Positions 1 to 12,703 of a stretch of 64,000 nt of DNA are shown here, in pieces. Origin of the DNA: Macrostomum lignano (Eukaryota); assembly GCA_002269645.1 (NCBI GenBank), contig NIVC01000184.1, forward strand, positions 496,001 to 560,000, given 5' to 3'. The notes under the pieces were generated by a model. It was not told where the DNA came from. It made no database searches and saw only the letters and a list, made by a program, of their open reading frames with translations. Made by a program: the position numbers and the translations under genes. Position 1 is the stretch's first letter, and each line of letters opens with the position of its first letter.

Positions 1-3000
1 ATTCTCCAAAATCTACTAAATATCTTACATTAATAATATTGACATTTGACATAAACAGTTTATTAAGATTTGGACATTAGCAAGTAAAATATTTGATCTT
101 TATCCATAGTGTAAATCATATAGTGCATGCGAGAATTTTCCCGCGTGCATTTTCAAAAGTGGCGTGCACCGGCGTGCAATTAGGTAAGTGGCGTGCATTT
201 GGCTTGCATAATGCACACTACATAAATACACTGGCGTGCCTGGCGTGCGCCGTGTGCCGCGTGCCTGGCACCTGATGTGGCAAAGCTACCAATGCAATGG
301 TAAGCAGACATAAAATACGTATTATTGTATTTAACTTTTGAAAAAAACTATCAATTGTAAATAAACAATGTATAAGACTGTTAATAAATTAATGTATGAG
401 AAATATACGTTTTTAAAGATATATCATTTCTTTTGTACATCGTTTGTTGCTTTGTTTTACACAATGAAATTCAACATACATTTTTTGTCTTAAATTTGAA
501 TTTGAATTTATTGTTGTCCTAATGGGCGTGGAATTTGTCCTAGTAGCGCGTGCATTGGCGTGTATCGGCGTGCATTCGCTTGTCGTCGGCGTGCTTTTGG
601 GAATCAGCTTTAGGAGTTTAGGTCATTTCTCGCGTGCACTTAGCATGATCCACACTATGGATCTTTATGAAGTCCACAAAAGCTATCTTTTACTTGTTGA
701 ATATAGGCTGTAGCTAACTTAGCTAAATATTTAGAATTTTCCAAATGAAAACCTAATCAATTGCAAAGATCATGTTGAAATGAAATAAACAATGAAGGAA
801 ATTTAAGTTAGGCCCTAATCAACTATATTGGCAGTTGGCACTGATGACATCAGTGCTGTTATAATATAATTAACTTAGGGTTGCAATAAACTCACTTTTT
901 GCAAAATTCTGACAGCAAAATCATGTGCAGAGAGATTTACATTAACCTTAGGCCTAACCTAGGCTAACCTTAACCTAGGTATTAAGGTTAAAACTACTAG
1001 GCTTAGCAGTCACTGTGAATCATTATTTCAATAAATTTATAATTTTAATTCAGCAATGAATTTCAAATTCTATAATTATTAATTATAACAGCATAATTAT
1101 AATTATGAATTATAACTATTACTGAATTTACTGGACTTAGGGCCTAAGTCTGGATTAAGGGCCTAAGTCCAGTAAATTCAGTAATAGTTATAATTCAGTT
1201 CAGTACTAGTTATAATTTCTCTAAAAGAGCCAAAATGCATTTGAATTCTAAAAATGTAATTAAAAGTATGCGTCTACCAACACTTCGAAATGCAAAATTG
1301 GCATCTGGATGAGCAAGAGAAAAATCTCTAAAAATGAAGTGCCAAAAACACAGTTTGGCAAAATAAAACTCTGACCACTGGAGTACTCTTACTATCTACC
1401 ACTATTTACCACAGTTTTTTGTTTCACAAAAAATCTTGAGCGTAGGCCTAAGACATGTATAAAATATGTTAAAGGAACATGAGATGATAATCTGTCTTAC
1501 TTATTATATAACTGCGCTAGCTAAGTCGTGTGCAGCGTCATTTTTAAAAGAGCATACATTTATTGCGTATTTTATCAAAATGAATGAATTTTGCAGTCAG
1601 ATACACAAAGCAGGACAAGACAACTAACAAACATATATTTTACTTCCATATATTAAAACTACAAATTTACCTTGATATACATCTTATTTGAATCAAAGTT
1701 TCAAAATTAACTTGAAAACAGTGCCAGGCCAATCGCTAAAATATCGCGCTGCGATGCACGAACTTGTTTATAATGTACGGTACGATAGACTAAAAAATAA
1801 TGCTAAAACTGAAGAGTGTCACTCACTTTCAACCCACCATTCACAAAGGGATCTTAAATTGCAAATTTATGCGTCAAGTGGGCTAAAAACATGTGAATTA
1901 GGCATGGATCGAATTCCAAACGTTGTTCCATCGCTCGGCGATGGTGCAATTATCGCCAAGGCATCGAAACTCGAGGTTTCGGCGATTTCACGAGAATGCG
2001 CGCAAGATGGGCCAATATAGGTTTGAACTTTGTTTTAGTGCCTTTTAGACATATAATAGGACTTAAGAGGCAATTTCTTATCGTATTGATTTATCGCCGA
2101 TCGATATCGCTTAGATATTGCTTAGATATCGCCAGGCGAGATATCGCCTAATATTGCCACGCGATGGGGACGCAAGCCTTTGGCGAGATTCTTGGTTACG
2201 TGGGAAGTTCAAATCAATATACTGAACATGTTCACATGCACCAGTTGCTCCGCCTCCGAGACAGCTTGAATTTGATGAGGACGCACTTTTTTCCAAATCC
2301 CGCGCTAGCACATGGGCTCTAAACTTACTAGCCTACTAACAGTGGGCAATGGGCATTTTTATCCTTTTTCTGCGAATTTTCATAGAATCTACTAGATATA
2401 ATGTTTGGTCATACTAGTATAGTCATAATAACATAGGCGCAGCTTTTTGGGTCATAAATCATCACTTTCGAAGCTGGTCTGACAGCCACCTGCGCCTCAC
2501 TCAGTGTTGAGGCTGGAGCCAGATGGTCTGAGGGGATGCGAATAATAGCTTTTTTCTCATCATTTTTGACAGGCCAGAGCCTGATTTATGAGGTCAGAGC
2601 CTATTGTTCGGGTTCACTCAAGCGTGTGAGAGCTTTGACAGCTATGCGTTTTACCCCTAAAAGTAAACTTTGGGATTAGCGATTAGCGATTTCTCTTCAT
2701 TATCTTCACTTTCTATTTAATAAGAGCTTTCTAATGTATATTTTTTCATTAATTTTGTCAATTCTACGCGAAAAGTCATAAAAAATCATTTTGTTGCGAT
2801 TGTGAGTGATTTATGGCCGCATGCCTGTCATGTTTTTACGACCCTGTGGGAACTGATAGGATCTCCCGGTCACGTGATTTTGGGAGGCAACTAGCTCATC
2901 CAATCAGAAAATTCGACGCTCATTTTAACAAATCGGCTCAGCCAATCAGAATCGACGTGTTCCATTATAACAAACTGCGGTCCAGTTGGCGGCTATTTAA

Positions 3001-4681
3001 ACCGGTGTTTTTAGCCCGCTCAGACTGCAACCTTCTTGCGACCGGGTGCCACCCTTGGCTCCACCGGCCAGGAATTGACCGTCGTTTCTTGATCCCCGGA
3101 TTGCGACTTCCCCCCATCATCATCAAGGACGAATCCCCCGGTCATCAGTCGTGAACATCAAAGTGAAGAGCATCACCTGCTATAGCTATCAGCGAAGGTT
3201 GTGACATCAGCATCATCCCGGGCCTACAGCTGCGAAGCACTAAGCCGATTCGGTCACTGTGGATTACCTGGTCTCCGGCTGTTGAGTTTCTGATTGGTTG
3301 GGTGAGAGGCTGCCTATAGACTTGCTTGATTGGGTGATTCCCTGTCTGTCCCCTGTTTCAGTAGCTGGATTAGGCGCACACTTTTGCTCATTTTGTTCAG
3401 TAGTGCTGTAATCGAGGCAGAAGTCATTCAATAATACTGCTAGTAGTCTGAAACTCCAACATTTAATTTGAGGTGTGAAGTGATTCAGTGAGAAGGTTAA
3501 ATCTGGCAGTCATTTTTATCGGTTTTATTTCATTGTTCGCCGATGGCTCAGATGAGTAGCTAAGCTAGTAGGCGCCGGTCACAGTGGACCAATGGCAAGG
3601 CAGTTCTCAGTCGACCTATTTATCAAATCAGTTAGCGAAATTGCCAAAAGTGCAAAATCGGCGCTAGGGATGTACCTCCGTGCACTCTAGATTCGCCAAG
3701 CGGCTCGGGTATTGAATCATGCGGTCTCTGATGTTTGAGTTAGCCTATCATCAGCGCTAGGAGAGGCTGGTTGGCGCGTTGAAGGCCAAAAGTACAATTC
3801 TTCGTATTTAGCAATGTAATAGTACATGTAGCTACCCCATAGTCTCGCCACTGCAAGAATCCCCTGCACAAGTCCCCTCTGTACCTGCATGGCCAATGCG
3901 ATCTAGTCCCAGCAGTGTCCCTTATCATCGGCTATGACTTTGAGATTGACAGCAAAAAGACACTAGTTGGCAGGTAAGTGTAAAGCCCCCTCTAGTCGGA
4001 AGCCCGATTTCGAGAGTCCCGGTGTGGTGAGCCAGGACGTACGGGCTGGTGGCAGCGAGTTAGCTAATCTGCGGATTAGCTGACCTCTACCTTCAAAATT
4101 CTCCCTGCTTGTCTCTCGCTGTCCCTCTCTTAGCTATAGGACCTAGACTGCTCGCCACAGATCAAGCTACCTTGGGGGCTGACCATCTTGACAGGAGTGG
4201 GGGCCAGGACTCTAATTGATTTATTTCTGAGACCTGAGGCCCGAAGGCTTCCTAAAAAAAATGGGAGTTTTTTATTATGAATTTAAAAGGAAATCCAAAT
4301 CCGATAGAGAGAAGTTTTTTTTCTGTTCAGCTAGTAGTGGCGGTCGACCAAATGCCTCTTGAAATCATGCAAATCATTCCATCCGGAATGGCCATTTATA
4401 AAAAAGGCGAAGGCTTAATGAGTTACATTTAATTAGAGTTAATCTAGGAAATCTCTTGAAGGCTTTGATAGTTAATTCTGTCTTTGATAGTTTAAAAATT
4501 GACATATTTCAGGCCAAAAGAAAACAATTGTGTGATCGTGCATCAAGCGGTTTAGTATGGAGACTCGCCACGTTCCAGCAGTGTCTCTTTTTATCGGCTA
4601 AAGACTTCGAGATTGACAGCTAAAAGAAATTAGTTAGCAAGAGCCCCCTTCTTATATAGTCAAAATTAAACCCGAATTATG

Positions 4682-5265
4682 CATGGCAGCGGATTAGCTT
4701 GCTTAGATTGCTATGGCAGCGGATTAGCTTGCTTAGATTGCTATGGCAGCGGATTAGCTTGCTTAGATTGCTATGGCAGCGGATTAGCTTGCTTAGATTG
4801 CTATGGCAGCGGATTAGCTTGCTTAGATTGCTATGGCAGCGGATTAGCTTGCTTAGATTGCTATGGCAGCGGATTAGCTTGCTTAGATTGCTATGGCAGC
4901 GGATTAGCTTGCTTAGATTGCTATGGCAGCGGATTAGCTTGCTTAGATTGCTATGGCAGCGGATTAGCTTGCTTAGATTGCTATGGCAGCGGATTAGCTT
5001 GCTTAGATTGCTATGGCAGCGGATTAGCTTGCTTAGATTGCTATGGCAGCGGATTAGCTTGCTTAGATTGCTATGGCAGCGGATTAGCTTGCTTAGATTG
5101 CTATGGCAGCGGATTAGCTTGCTTAGATTGCTATGGCAGCGGATTAGCTTGCTTAGATAAGCTATGGCAGCGGATTAGCTTGCTTAGATTGCTATGGCAG
5201 CGGATTAGCTTGCTTAGATTGCTATGGCAGCGGATTAGCTTGCTTAGATTGCTATGGCAGCGGAT
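4682..5265. repeat. Minisatellite, 30-bp unit CTATGGCAGCGGATTAGCTTGCTTAGATTG, ~19 near-identical copies
   Basis: Directly visible tandem array with one variant unit near 5160. It explains the CYGSGLACLD/LLWQRISLLR ORFs. Confidence 0.98.
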
Positions 5266-6299
5266 TTCCAGTTTCTCTTTTCCCAGCAGAGACATTCTCG
5301 GCATGCACATGTCTTGATACCAGCTTTGAGTTCGGGGCTGACCATGACATCTCCCATCTCCAATCTGTGGGAGGCTTTGCAGAGTGCTAAGCGATTTAAA
5401 ATCCGTCGGCATCCTTTGACGCAAAGTATATGTATATGTAAAATTACCTGTAAAAGTACACCCATTTGTCATAAAGGCTTCTGTCGAGGATGAATTTATG
5501 CAAGTCGCGTTATGTTGGAATGTTGTGCGGCCGGGATGCTTCTCAATAATCTAACTCACCGTGGGGTCAGCACCAGGGGCTTAGCCCATAATCTACATGA
5601 GCAAACCCTAACCTACACCACTGCTTACTCTTCAATAGCATTGATTATACGCGTAGAATAGATGGAACAGAAATCAAATTACAGCTTGCTTGAAACAGGA
5701 AGCTAAAAATGCTATTTACATGTACATTGTGTATTTACAGTTACATTTTCAACAAATTCACCAAATAAAAGGAGCTGTTAAAATGCACAAAGAAATTAGC
5801 TTATTAAAAACATAATTTACATCAATGTAAAGGTATTTACACCCGCTAGTACTTCATAATGGCCACTCAATTTATTGCAGCTGTTGTTGCGAGTAAATTT
5901 AGATCCATTAAGAAGTAACCGGCACTGACTAGATAGACTACTTATTTAGGATACAGTAGTAACATATATAGCGCGAATATGTACAAAATTGAACAAAATG
6001 TGTACTGAAAAGAGTGATAGTTTTTAATGGCTGTAACATTTAGTTACAAAATGAAATACTTATCCGTGCGCGCAAACTTTTTTGGCAGCATAGCATAGAG
6101 TAGAGATAAAGCAATAGAAAAAATAGCAAGCGCAAAACTATACGTAAACTTTTATTAACAGCTTAATACATTTAGCGGTAAAAGAGAAATGCGTTCTGAG
6201 AAAAAGATAATAAAACTGTCTGTACAAAAATGTTTAGAAAAATATACTAGGATGTATGCAGATTTAGTAAAACAACAAAAAACATTAATTCACGATAAA

Positions 6300-7052
6300 T
6301 TATTTACTACTGACAGTAGGCGACCGCCTCTTATGACTGGCATTGTTGGCTCCGCACACTGGCAGGTGCTTCTTCAGGTTCACCTTCCGCTTGAAGCCGC
6401 GAAAGCAGGCGTCGCAGATAAACCTGGACGCCTGGCTCCGATGGCGCAGCAGCGACTCCATGTCGAAGGAGGCGACACCGGCGCGAGCAACCGCAGCTGG
6501 CGGGGTGCTCGCCGACGTGCTGGATGCTGACTGATGACGCTGCTGGTCCGCCGGTGTTGCCGCTGTCGGCGACTTCGGCTTGCTGTGCCAGCGCCGGTGG
6601 CTGGCCAGGTTGGCCGGACAGCTGAAGGCTTTGTCGCATTCCGGACAGCGATGCTCGGCCGCCAGCAGTCTCGGACAGGTGTGTCCGGCCAGAGCCACGG
6701 CGTCCTCGTAGCGAACTTCGCACAGCCGGCAGACGAACTCGCCGATTCGGTTGGGGATTCTGGCGAGAGCCTGGCGAATTTCGGCCAGCTCAGCGGCTGC
6801 TATGGCGGAATCGCTGCCTGACGGAGACTGCGGATGGTGTTCTCTGGGAGGCTGAGGCTGAGGCTGAGGTTGAGGAAGCAAGGACAGCGGCGCCGGCTGT
6901 GTTGGCGGCGGCAACAGCGGCCAATGCCAATTGAACGTGTTGCCGTTGCTGCTACTAGTAGAGGCGGCTGCTGGCTGTAGAAGCGGGTGATAAAATGCGT
7001 AGGCGTACTGATGGTGATGAAGCTGATGCCGGTGACCGCCGCAAAGCTCCAT
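6300..7052 (-). CDS. insm1: INSM1/IA-1 (nerfin/egl-46)-family zinc-finger transcription factor, single exon, 250 aa
   Basis: GEFVCRLCEVRYEDAVALAGHTC followed by HRCPECDKAFSCPANLASHRRWH matches the diagnostic INSM1/Nerfin fingers 1-2 (FSCPANLASHRRWH). A third finger is FICDACFRGFKRKVNLKKHLPVC. The start has a strong Kozak context (CACCATGG). Confidence 0.93.
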   Translation of the reverse strand: MELCGGHRHQLHHHQYAYAFYHPLLQPAAASTSSSNGNTFNWHWPLLPPPTQPAPLSLLPQPQPQPQPPREHHPQSPSGSDSAIAAAELAEIRQALARIPNRIGEFVCRLCEVRYEDAVALAGHTCPRLLAAEHRCPECDKAFSCPANLASHRRWHSKPKSPTAATPADQQRHQSASSTSASTPPAAVARAGVASFDMESLLRHRSQASRFICDACFRGFKRKVNLKKHLPVCGANNASHKRRSPTVSSK

Positions 7053-7098
7053 GGTGTAGACCGCAACTCATTCTATATGGACTGCCGCTACAGTCTTG

Positions 7099-7195
7099 TA
7101 TATATAATTCTGATCCCCAGGTTTAACAAAGATCCCCGCTCTCCCATCGAAGCAGTCGGTATGCCATTGGCTGCCGCCCTCAGATGCTATTGGCT
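7099..7195 (-). promoter_or_regulatory. Putative core promoter of the insm1-like gene (TATA box plus two CCAAT boxes)
   Basis: Minus strand reads TTATATATA at ~7099-7107, about 50 nt upstream of the ATG. AGCCAAT boxes lie at 7166-7172 and 7189-7195. Confidence 0.6.
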
Positions 7196-7483
7196 CGGGG
7201 GTTCGAGTAGGTCTGAGCTTATTGCTCAAAACCCCTGCGCAGCTCCGCCTCAACCTGTACAGGCCCGCTCCCTGGCTCAACGGAATTCATGACTCTTATT
7301 TGAGCCTTTGTGCTTGGCCTCTATCTTTGTTCTCCTACGAGGCATCCTAGGCGGAAGATGAGCGATGATGAAGCTCTAACACTAACTATTGGAGACATTT
7401 TTAGTGGGAAACTTTAAATCAACATTTCTTTGTATGTCAGCTCTCAAAATCCTAAGCCAAAAGTATAATCCCAAAAAGTCATA

Positions 7484-7801
7484 CAGTGCAGGACCCGCCC
7501 GCTGAAACTACAGGACCCTATTACCCTTCAGTGCAGGACCCGCTCGCTGAAACTACAGGACCCTATTACCCTTCAGTGCAGGACCTGCCCGCTGAAACTA
7601 CAGGACCCTATGACCCTTTAGTGCAGGACCTGCCCGCTGAAACTACAGGACCCTATGACCCTTCAGTGCAGGACCTGCCCGCTGAAACTACAGGACCCTA
7701 TGACCCTTCAGTGTAGGACCCGCCCGCTGAAACTACAGGACCCTATGACCCTTCAGTGCAGGACCCGCCCGCTGAAACTACAGGACCCTATGACCCTTTA
7801 G
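7484..7801. repeat. Minisatellite, 45-bp unit GTGCAGGACCCGCCCGCTGAAACTACAGGACCCTATGACCCTTCA, 7 copies
   Basis: Direct inspection shows a 45-bp period. Confidence 0.97.
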
Positions 7802-8427
7802 TTTAGGGGGTTGCCAAAATGTAAAATCACTGTTTAAAATATTTTTATAGTTCGCAACAAGTCGCCATCATTAACCCGAAAAATCACAACTCCGAAAATC
7901 AAAATAGCGTTGGAAATTGCTAACACTTTCGGAGTCATGATATTTTGGGTTTATGATGCCCCCCCCTCGTATAACTGCATAAGCAGAAACCAATCAATTA
8001 GCAATTCTTTTTTGCAGGCGGCCACCTGCTTAGAACTATTTGTTATAATTCTTTTAAATCTCAAATTTACACCGCACGCGAACTTACTAAACTCATTCAT
8101 TTACTACAGTTCAATTGTATATACCAAGAGTTGAGGGCATGCAGGTTTCAAACTCGAGAACATGGCAGCTCAGATGTTTGAAACTTGGCAACTAAATAAT
8201 ATACCAATTTATAACACAGCAATTTTCATATAAAGAGGCCGCTTTTCTTAGTTTTGTATATAGACGCGAATTTCAGAAACAATCAACACGTGTCTGCCGT
8301 CCGACCCACCATTACGTATTATTTTATACACGGCTGGGTTCTGATGTTTGACACGCAACATCACTAACTATATAGTCTTATTCTTTCTGCGGCGGCTTGT
8401 TAATACTTTATTTACTTCATACTGTAC

Positions 8428-10740
8428 CTGTCTGTCTCTCACTGTCACAGCCTTCATCCCGTGTCTGTCTCTCACTATCACAGCCTTTATCCCCGTGTCT
8501 GTCTCTCACTGTCACAGCCTTTATCCCCGTGTCTGTCTCTCACTGTCACAGCCTTTATCCCGTGTCTGTCTCTCACTGTCACAGCCTTTATCCCCGTGTC
8601 TGTCTCTCACTGTCACAGCCTTTATGCCGTGTCTGTCTCTCACTGTCACAGCCTTTATCCCCTGTCTGTCTCTCACTGTCACAGCCTTTATCCCGTGTCT
8701 GTCTCTCACTGTCACAGCCTTTATCCCCGTGTCTGTCTCTCACTGTCACAGCCTTTATGCCGTGTCTGTCTCTCACTGTCACAGCCTTTATCCCCTGTCT
8801 GTCTCTCACTGTCACAGCCTTTATCCCGTGTCTGTCTCTCACTGTCACAGCCTTTATCCCCTGTCTGTCTCTCACTGTCACAGCCTTTATGCCGTGTCTG
8901 TCTCTCACTATCACAGCCTTTATCCCCGTGTCTGTCTCTCACTGTCACAGCCTTTATCCCCGTGTCTGTCTCTCACTGTCACAGCCTTTATCCCCGTGTC
9001 TGTCTCTCACTATCATAGCCTTTATCCCCTGTCTGTCTCTCACTGTCACAGCCTTTATCCCCTGTCTGTCTCTCACTGTCACAGCCTTTATCCCCGTGTC
9101 TGTCTCTCACTATCATAGCCTTTATCCCCTGTCTGTCTCTCACTATCAAAGCCTTTATCCCCGTGTCTGTCTCTCACTGTCACAGCCTTCATCCCCGTGT
9201 CTGTCTCTCACTATCACAGCCTTCATCCCCGTGTCTGTCTCTTACTATCACAGCCTTCATCCCCGTGTCTGTCTCTCACTATCACAGCCTTCATCCCCGT
9301 GTCTGTCTCTCACTATCACAGCCTTTATCCCCGTGTCTGTCTCTCACTATCACAGCCTTCATCCCCGTGTCTGTCTCTCACTGTCACAGCCTTCATCCCC
9401 GTGTCTGTCTCTCACTGTCACAGCCTTCATCCCCGTGTCTGTCTCTCACTGTCACAGCCTTCATCCCCCTGTCTGTCTCTCACTGTCACAGCCTTCATCC
9501 CCGTGTCTGTCTCTCACTATCACAGCCTTCATCCCCGTGTCTGTCTCTCACTATCACAGCCTTCATCCCCGTGTCTGTCTCTCACTATCACAGCCTTCAT
9601 CCCCGTGTCTGTCTCTCACTATCATAGCATTTATCCGATGTCTGTCTCTCACTATCACAGCCTTCATCCCGTGTCTGTCTCTCACTGTCACAGCCTTTAT
9701 CCCGTGTCTGTCTCTCACTATCACAGCCTTCATCCCGTGTCTGTCTCTCACTGTCACAGCCTTTATCCCGTGTCTGTCTCTCACTGTCACAGCCTTCATC
9801 CCGTGTCTGTCTCTCACTGTCACAGCCTTTATCCCCGTGTCTGTCTCTCACTGTCACAGCCTTTATCCCGTGTCTGTCTCTCACTATCACAGCCTTTATC
9901 CCGTGTCTGTCTCTCACTGTCACAGCCTTTATCCCGTGTCTGTCTCTCACTATCACAGCCTTTATCCCGTGTCTGTCTCTCACTGTCACAGCCTTTATCC
10001 CCGTGTCTGTCTCTCACTGTCACAGCCTTTATCCCGTGTCTGTCTCTCACTATCACAGCCTTTATCCCGTGTCTGTCTCTCACTGTCACAGCCTTTATCC
10101 CGTGTCTGTCTCTCACTATCACAGCCTTTATCCCGTGTCTGTCTCTCACTGTCACAGCCTTTATCCCGTGTCTGTCTCTCACTGTCACAGCCTTCATCCC
10201 GTGTCTGTCTCTCACTGTCACAGCCTTCATCCCGTGTCTGTCTCTCACTGTCACAGCCTTTATCCCGTGTCTGTCTCTCACTGTCACAGCCTTCATCCCG
10301 TGTCTGTCTCTCACTGTCACAGCCTTTATCCCGTGTCTGTCTCTCACTGTCACAGCCTTCATCCCGTGTCTGTCTCTCACTGTCACAGCCTTCATCCCGT
10401 GTCTGTCTCTCACTGTCACAGCCTTCATCCCGTGTCTGTCTCTCACTGTCACAGCCTTCATCCCGTGTCTGTCTCTCACTGTCACAGCCTTTATCCCGTG
10501 TCTGTCTCTCACTGTCACAGCCTTCATCCCGTGTCTGTCTCTCACTGTCACAGCCTTTATCCCGTGTCTGTCTCTCACTGTCACAGCCTTCATCCCGTGT
10601 CTGTCTCTCACTGTCACAGCCTTTATCCCGTGTCTGTCTCTCACTGTCACAGCCTTTATCCCGTGTCTGTCTCTCACTGTCACAGCCTTCATCCCGTGTC
10701 TGTCTCTCACTGTCACAGCCTTTATCCCGTGTCTATCTCT
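8428..10740. repeat. Minisatellite, 32-33-bp unit TGTCTGTCTCTCACTGTCACAGCCTTTATCCC(C)G, ~70 copies
   Basis: Direct inspection. It is the source of the 791-aa and 520-aa repeat ORFs. Confidence 0.98.
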
Positions 10741-11373
10741 TTCCCACCATCCCCCGTAGAATCAATCCGTAATCACCCCAAGTTTAAAATTCTTGACAGT
10801 TATGATTCTATATTTTATTCCCGACCTTCAAGTTTATTCGATATATCGAGATATATAGCTATTCTCAAAACAAGTATCGGGTAACGCAAGACTAAGCCCT
10901 GCTTTTAACAACGGGGCGACAATGGCCTAAATCCCTAACACCGCCAATCATATAATGACACGCTATACAGGTATATACTACACGAGTGCTGATAGAAAAT
11001 TGCGCAACTTGAAAAGCGCAGACTACCCTGCAATTATACATACTAATATAGTGTGTCGTGTCATGAGTTGCGCGCATAGGGTTATACACATGCAATAGTT
11101 ATGCTCAGGTTAAGCATCCTTAAACTATTACCAGCCTCTTAATTTGATGTAGATCAGCCTCTTACAGTCGCCTCACAACAGTTGATTTATTCCCATAGCT
11201 CTCTAGACTGCCAAATGAGTTCCTTAAAACTAAAAATATCCCATAGAGTTTACACAATCCCCATTCCAGATTCCCCATATCCCAGAAAGTTTCCCTATAT
11301 CCTTACAGGTGATATTGTCTATTGATCTCTTTTATAGAATTCCCTTTAGAATTAAATATCTAGATCCCTTAAA

Positions 11374-12062
11374 ACACAGAGACATCCCCCATATCCCAGA
11401 GAGATTCCCCATATCCCAGAGAGATTCCCCATATCCCAGAGAGATTCCCCATATCCCAGAGAGATTCCCCATATCCCAGAGAGATTCCCCATATCCCAGA
11501 GAGATTTCCCATATCACAGAGACATTCCCCATATCACAGAGACATTCCCCATATCCCAGAGAGATTCCCCATATCCCAGAGAGATTCCCCATATCCCAGA
11601 GAGATTCCCCATATCACAGAGACATTCCCCATATCCCAGAGAGATTCCCCATATCCCAGAGAGATTCCCCATATCTCAGAGACATTCCCCATATCACAGA
11701 GAGATTCCCCATATCACAGAGAGATTCCCCATATCCCAGAGACATTCCCCATAACACGTACAGAGAGATTCCCCATATCACAGAGACATTCCCCATATCA
11801 CAGAGAGATTCCCCATATCTCAGAGAGATTCCCCATATCACAGAGAGATTCCCCATATCTCAGAGAGATTCCCCATATCCCAGAGAGATTCCCCATATCA
11901 CAGAGATTCCCCATATCACAGAGACATTCCCCATATCACAGAAAGATTCCGGGCCATATCTCAGAGAGATTCCCCATATCTCAGAGACATTCCCCATATC
12001 ACAGAAAGATTCCGGGCCATATCACAGAGAGATTCCCCATGTCTCAGAGAGATTCCCCATAT
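11374..12062. repeat. Minisatellite, ~20-bp unit ATATCCCAGAGAGATTCCCC
   Basis: Direct inspection shows ~33 copies with variants. Confidence 0.97.
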
Positions 12063-12703
12063 AACAGAAAAATTCCCCTTTTTCCTTAGATCTGTCCATA
12101 TCAACGACATGATCTCATTCATACTCTGCCATATCCTAAAATATCCTTAGATCCTCGTATTTCTAGTATTCTAAAATCCCTTCTAAAACGGGACCAACTT
12201 CGCAGTCCGAATACTCGCTGCTCCAACAGCTTTATCCGCTGTTCCTCCATCGCTCGCACCCCATAAGGCATGGCGGGCGCGGCTATAAAGAGAATTAGAA
12301 ACCCGACACCGAAATCGGCCGCCCCAGAATTGAGGCCTACGGGGCGAATTACGGGGAAATTTCTAAATATCGCCATTAAAACAAAGACCTAAATATAAGC
12401 TCTGCAGTTTGAGAGGCCATGCAGCAAACAAAGACTATAAGATCCTGCGACAGGTTTTTAATAAGGATGGCGGAGAGATTTGAGTAAATAAAACACCCGA
12501 ATCTCACCCGAGCCTTATTCTGCATTGTCTGCAAGATCTTCTGAGCAGTGTGGGTTAACCCAGCACGGTTATTAATTATTAATTTATAACTTGTGAGTTC
12601 TAATTGCCTTGAGCAATTGAACACAAGTGATAGGATTGTACAAACCTTCTCCATCTATCTCACCTCCCTGACTTATCTTTCCCGCTATTCGAACCCCCCA
12701 GCC

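Noticed and set aside
4679-5317. CxxC-rich repeat ORF (GSGLACLDCY)n resembling a metal-binding protein
   Set aside because: It is a nearly invariant 30-bp DNA repeat with no synonymous variation, and other frames are also open.
5864-5878. ACTCAATTTATTGCA, recalling (from memory) the 3' part of a Macrostomum spliced-leader sequence; a weaker 5'-like match is at ~45187
   Set aside because: Only a partial match. It is not followed by ATG plus a GT donor and has no Sm site or SL RNA structure; it overlaps an ordinary polyadenylation signal on the other strand.
8348-10884. Very long ORFs (791, 520, 293 aa and others)
   Set aside because: They are translations of a 32-33-bp tandem repeat that lacks stops in several frames on both strands. 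They have no domain content.
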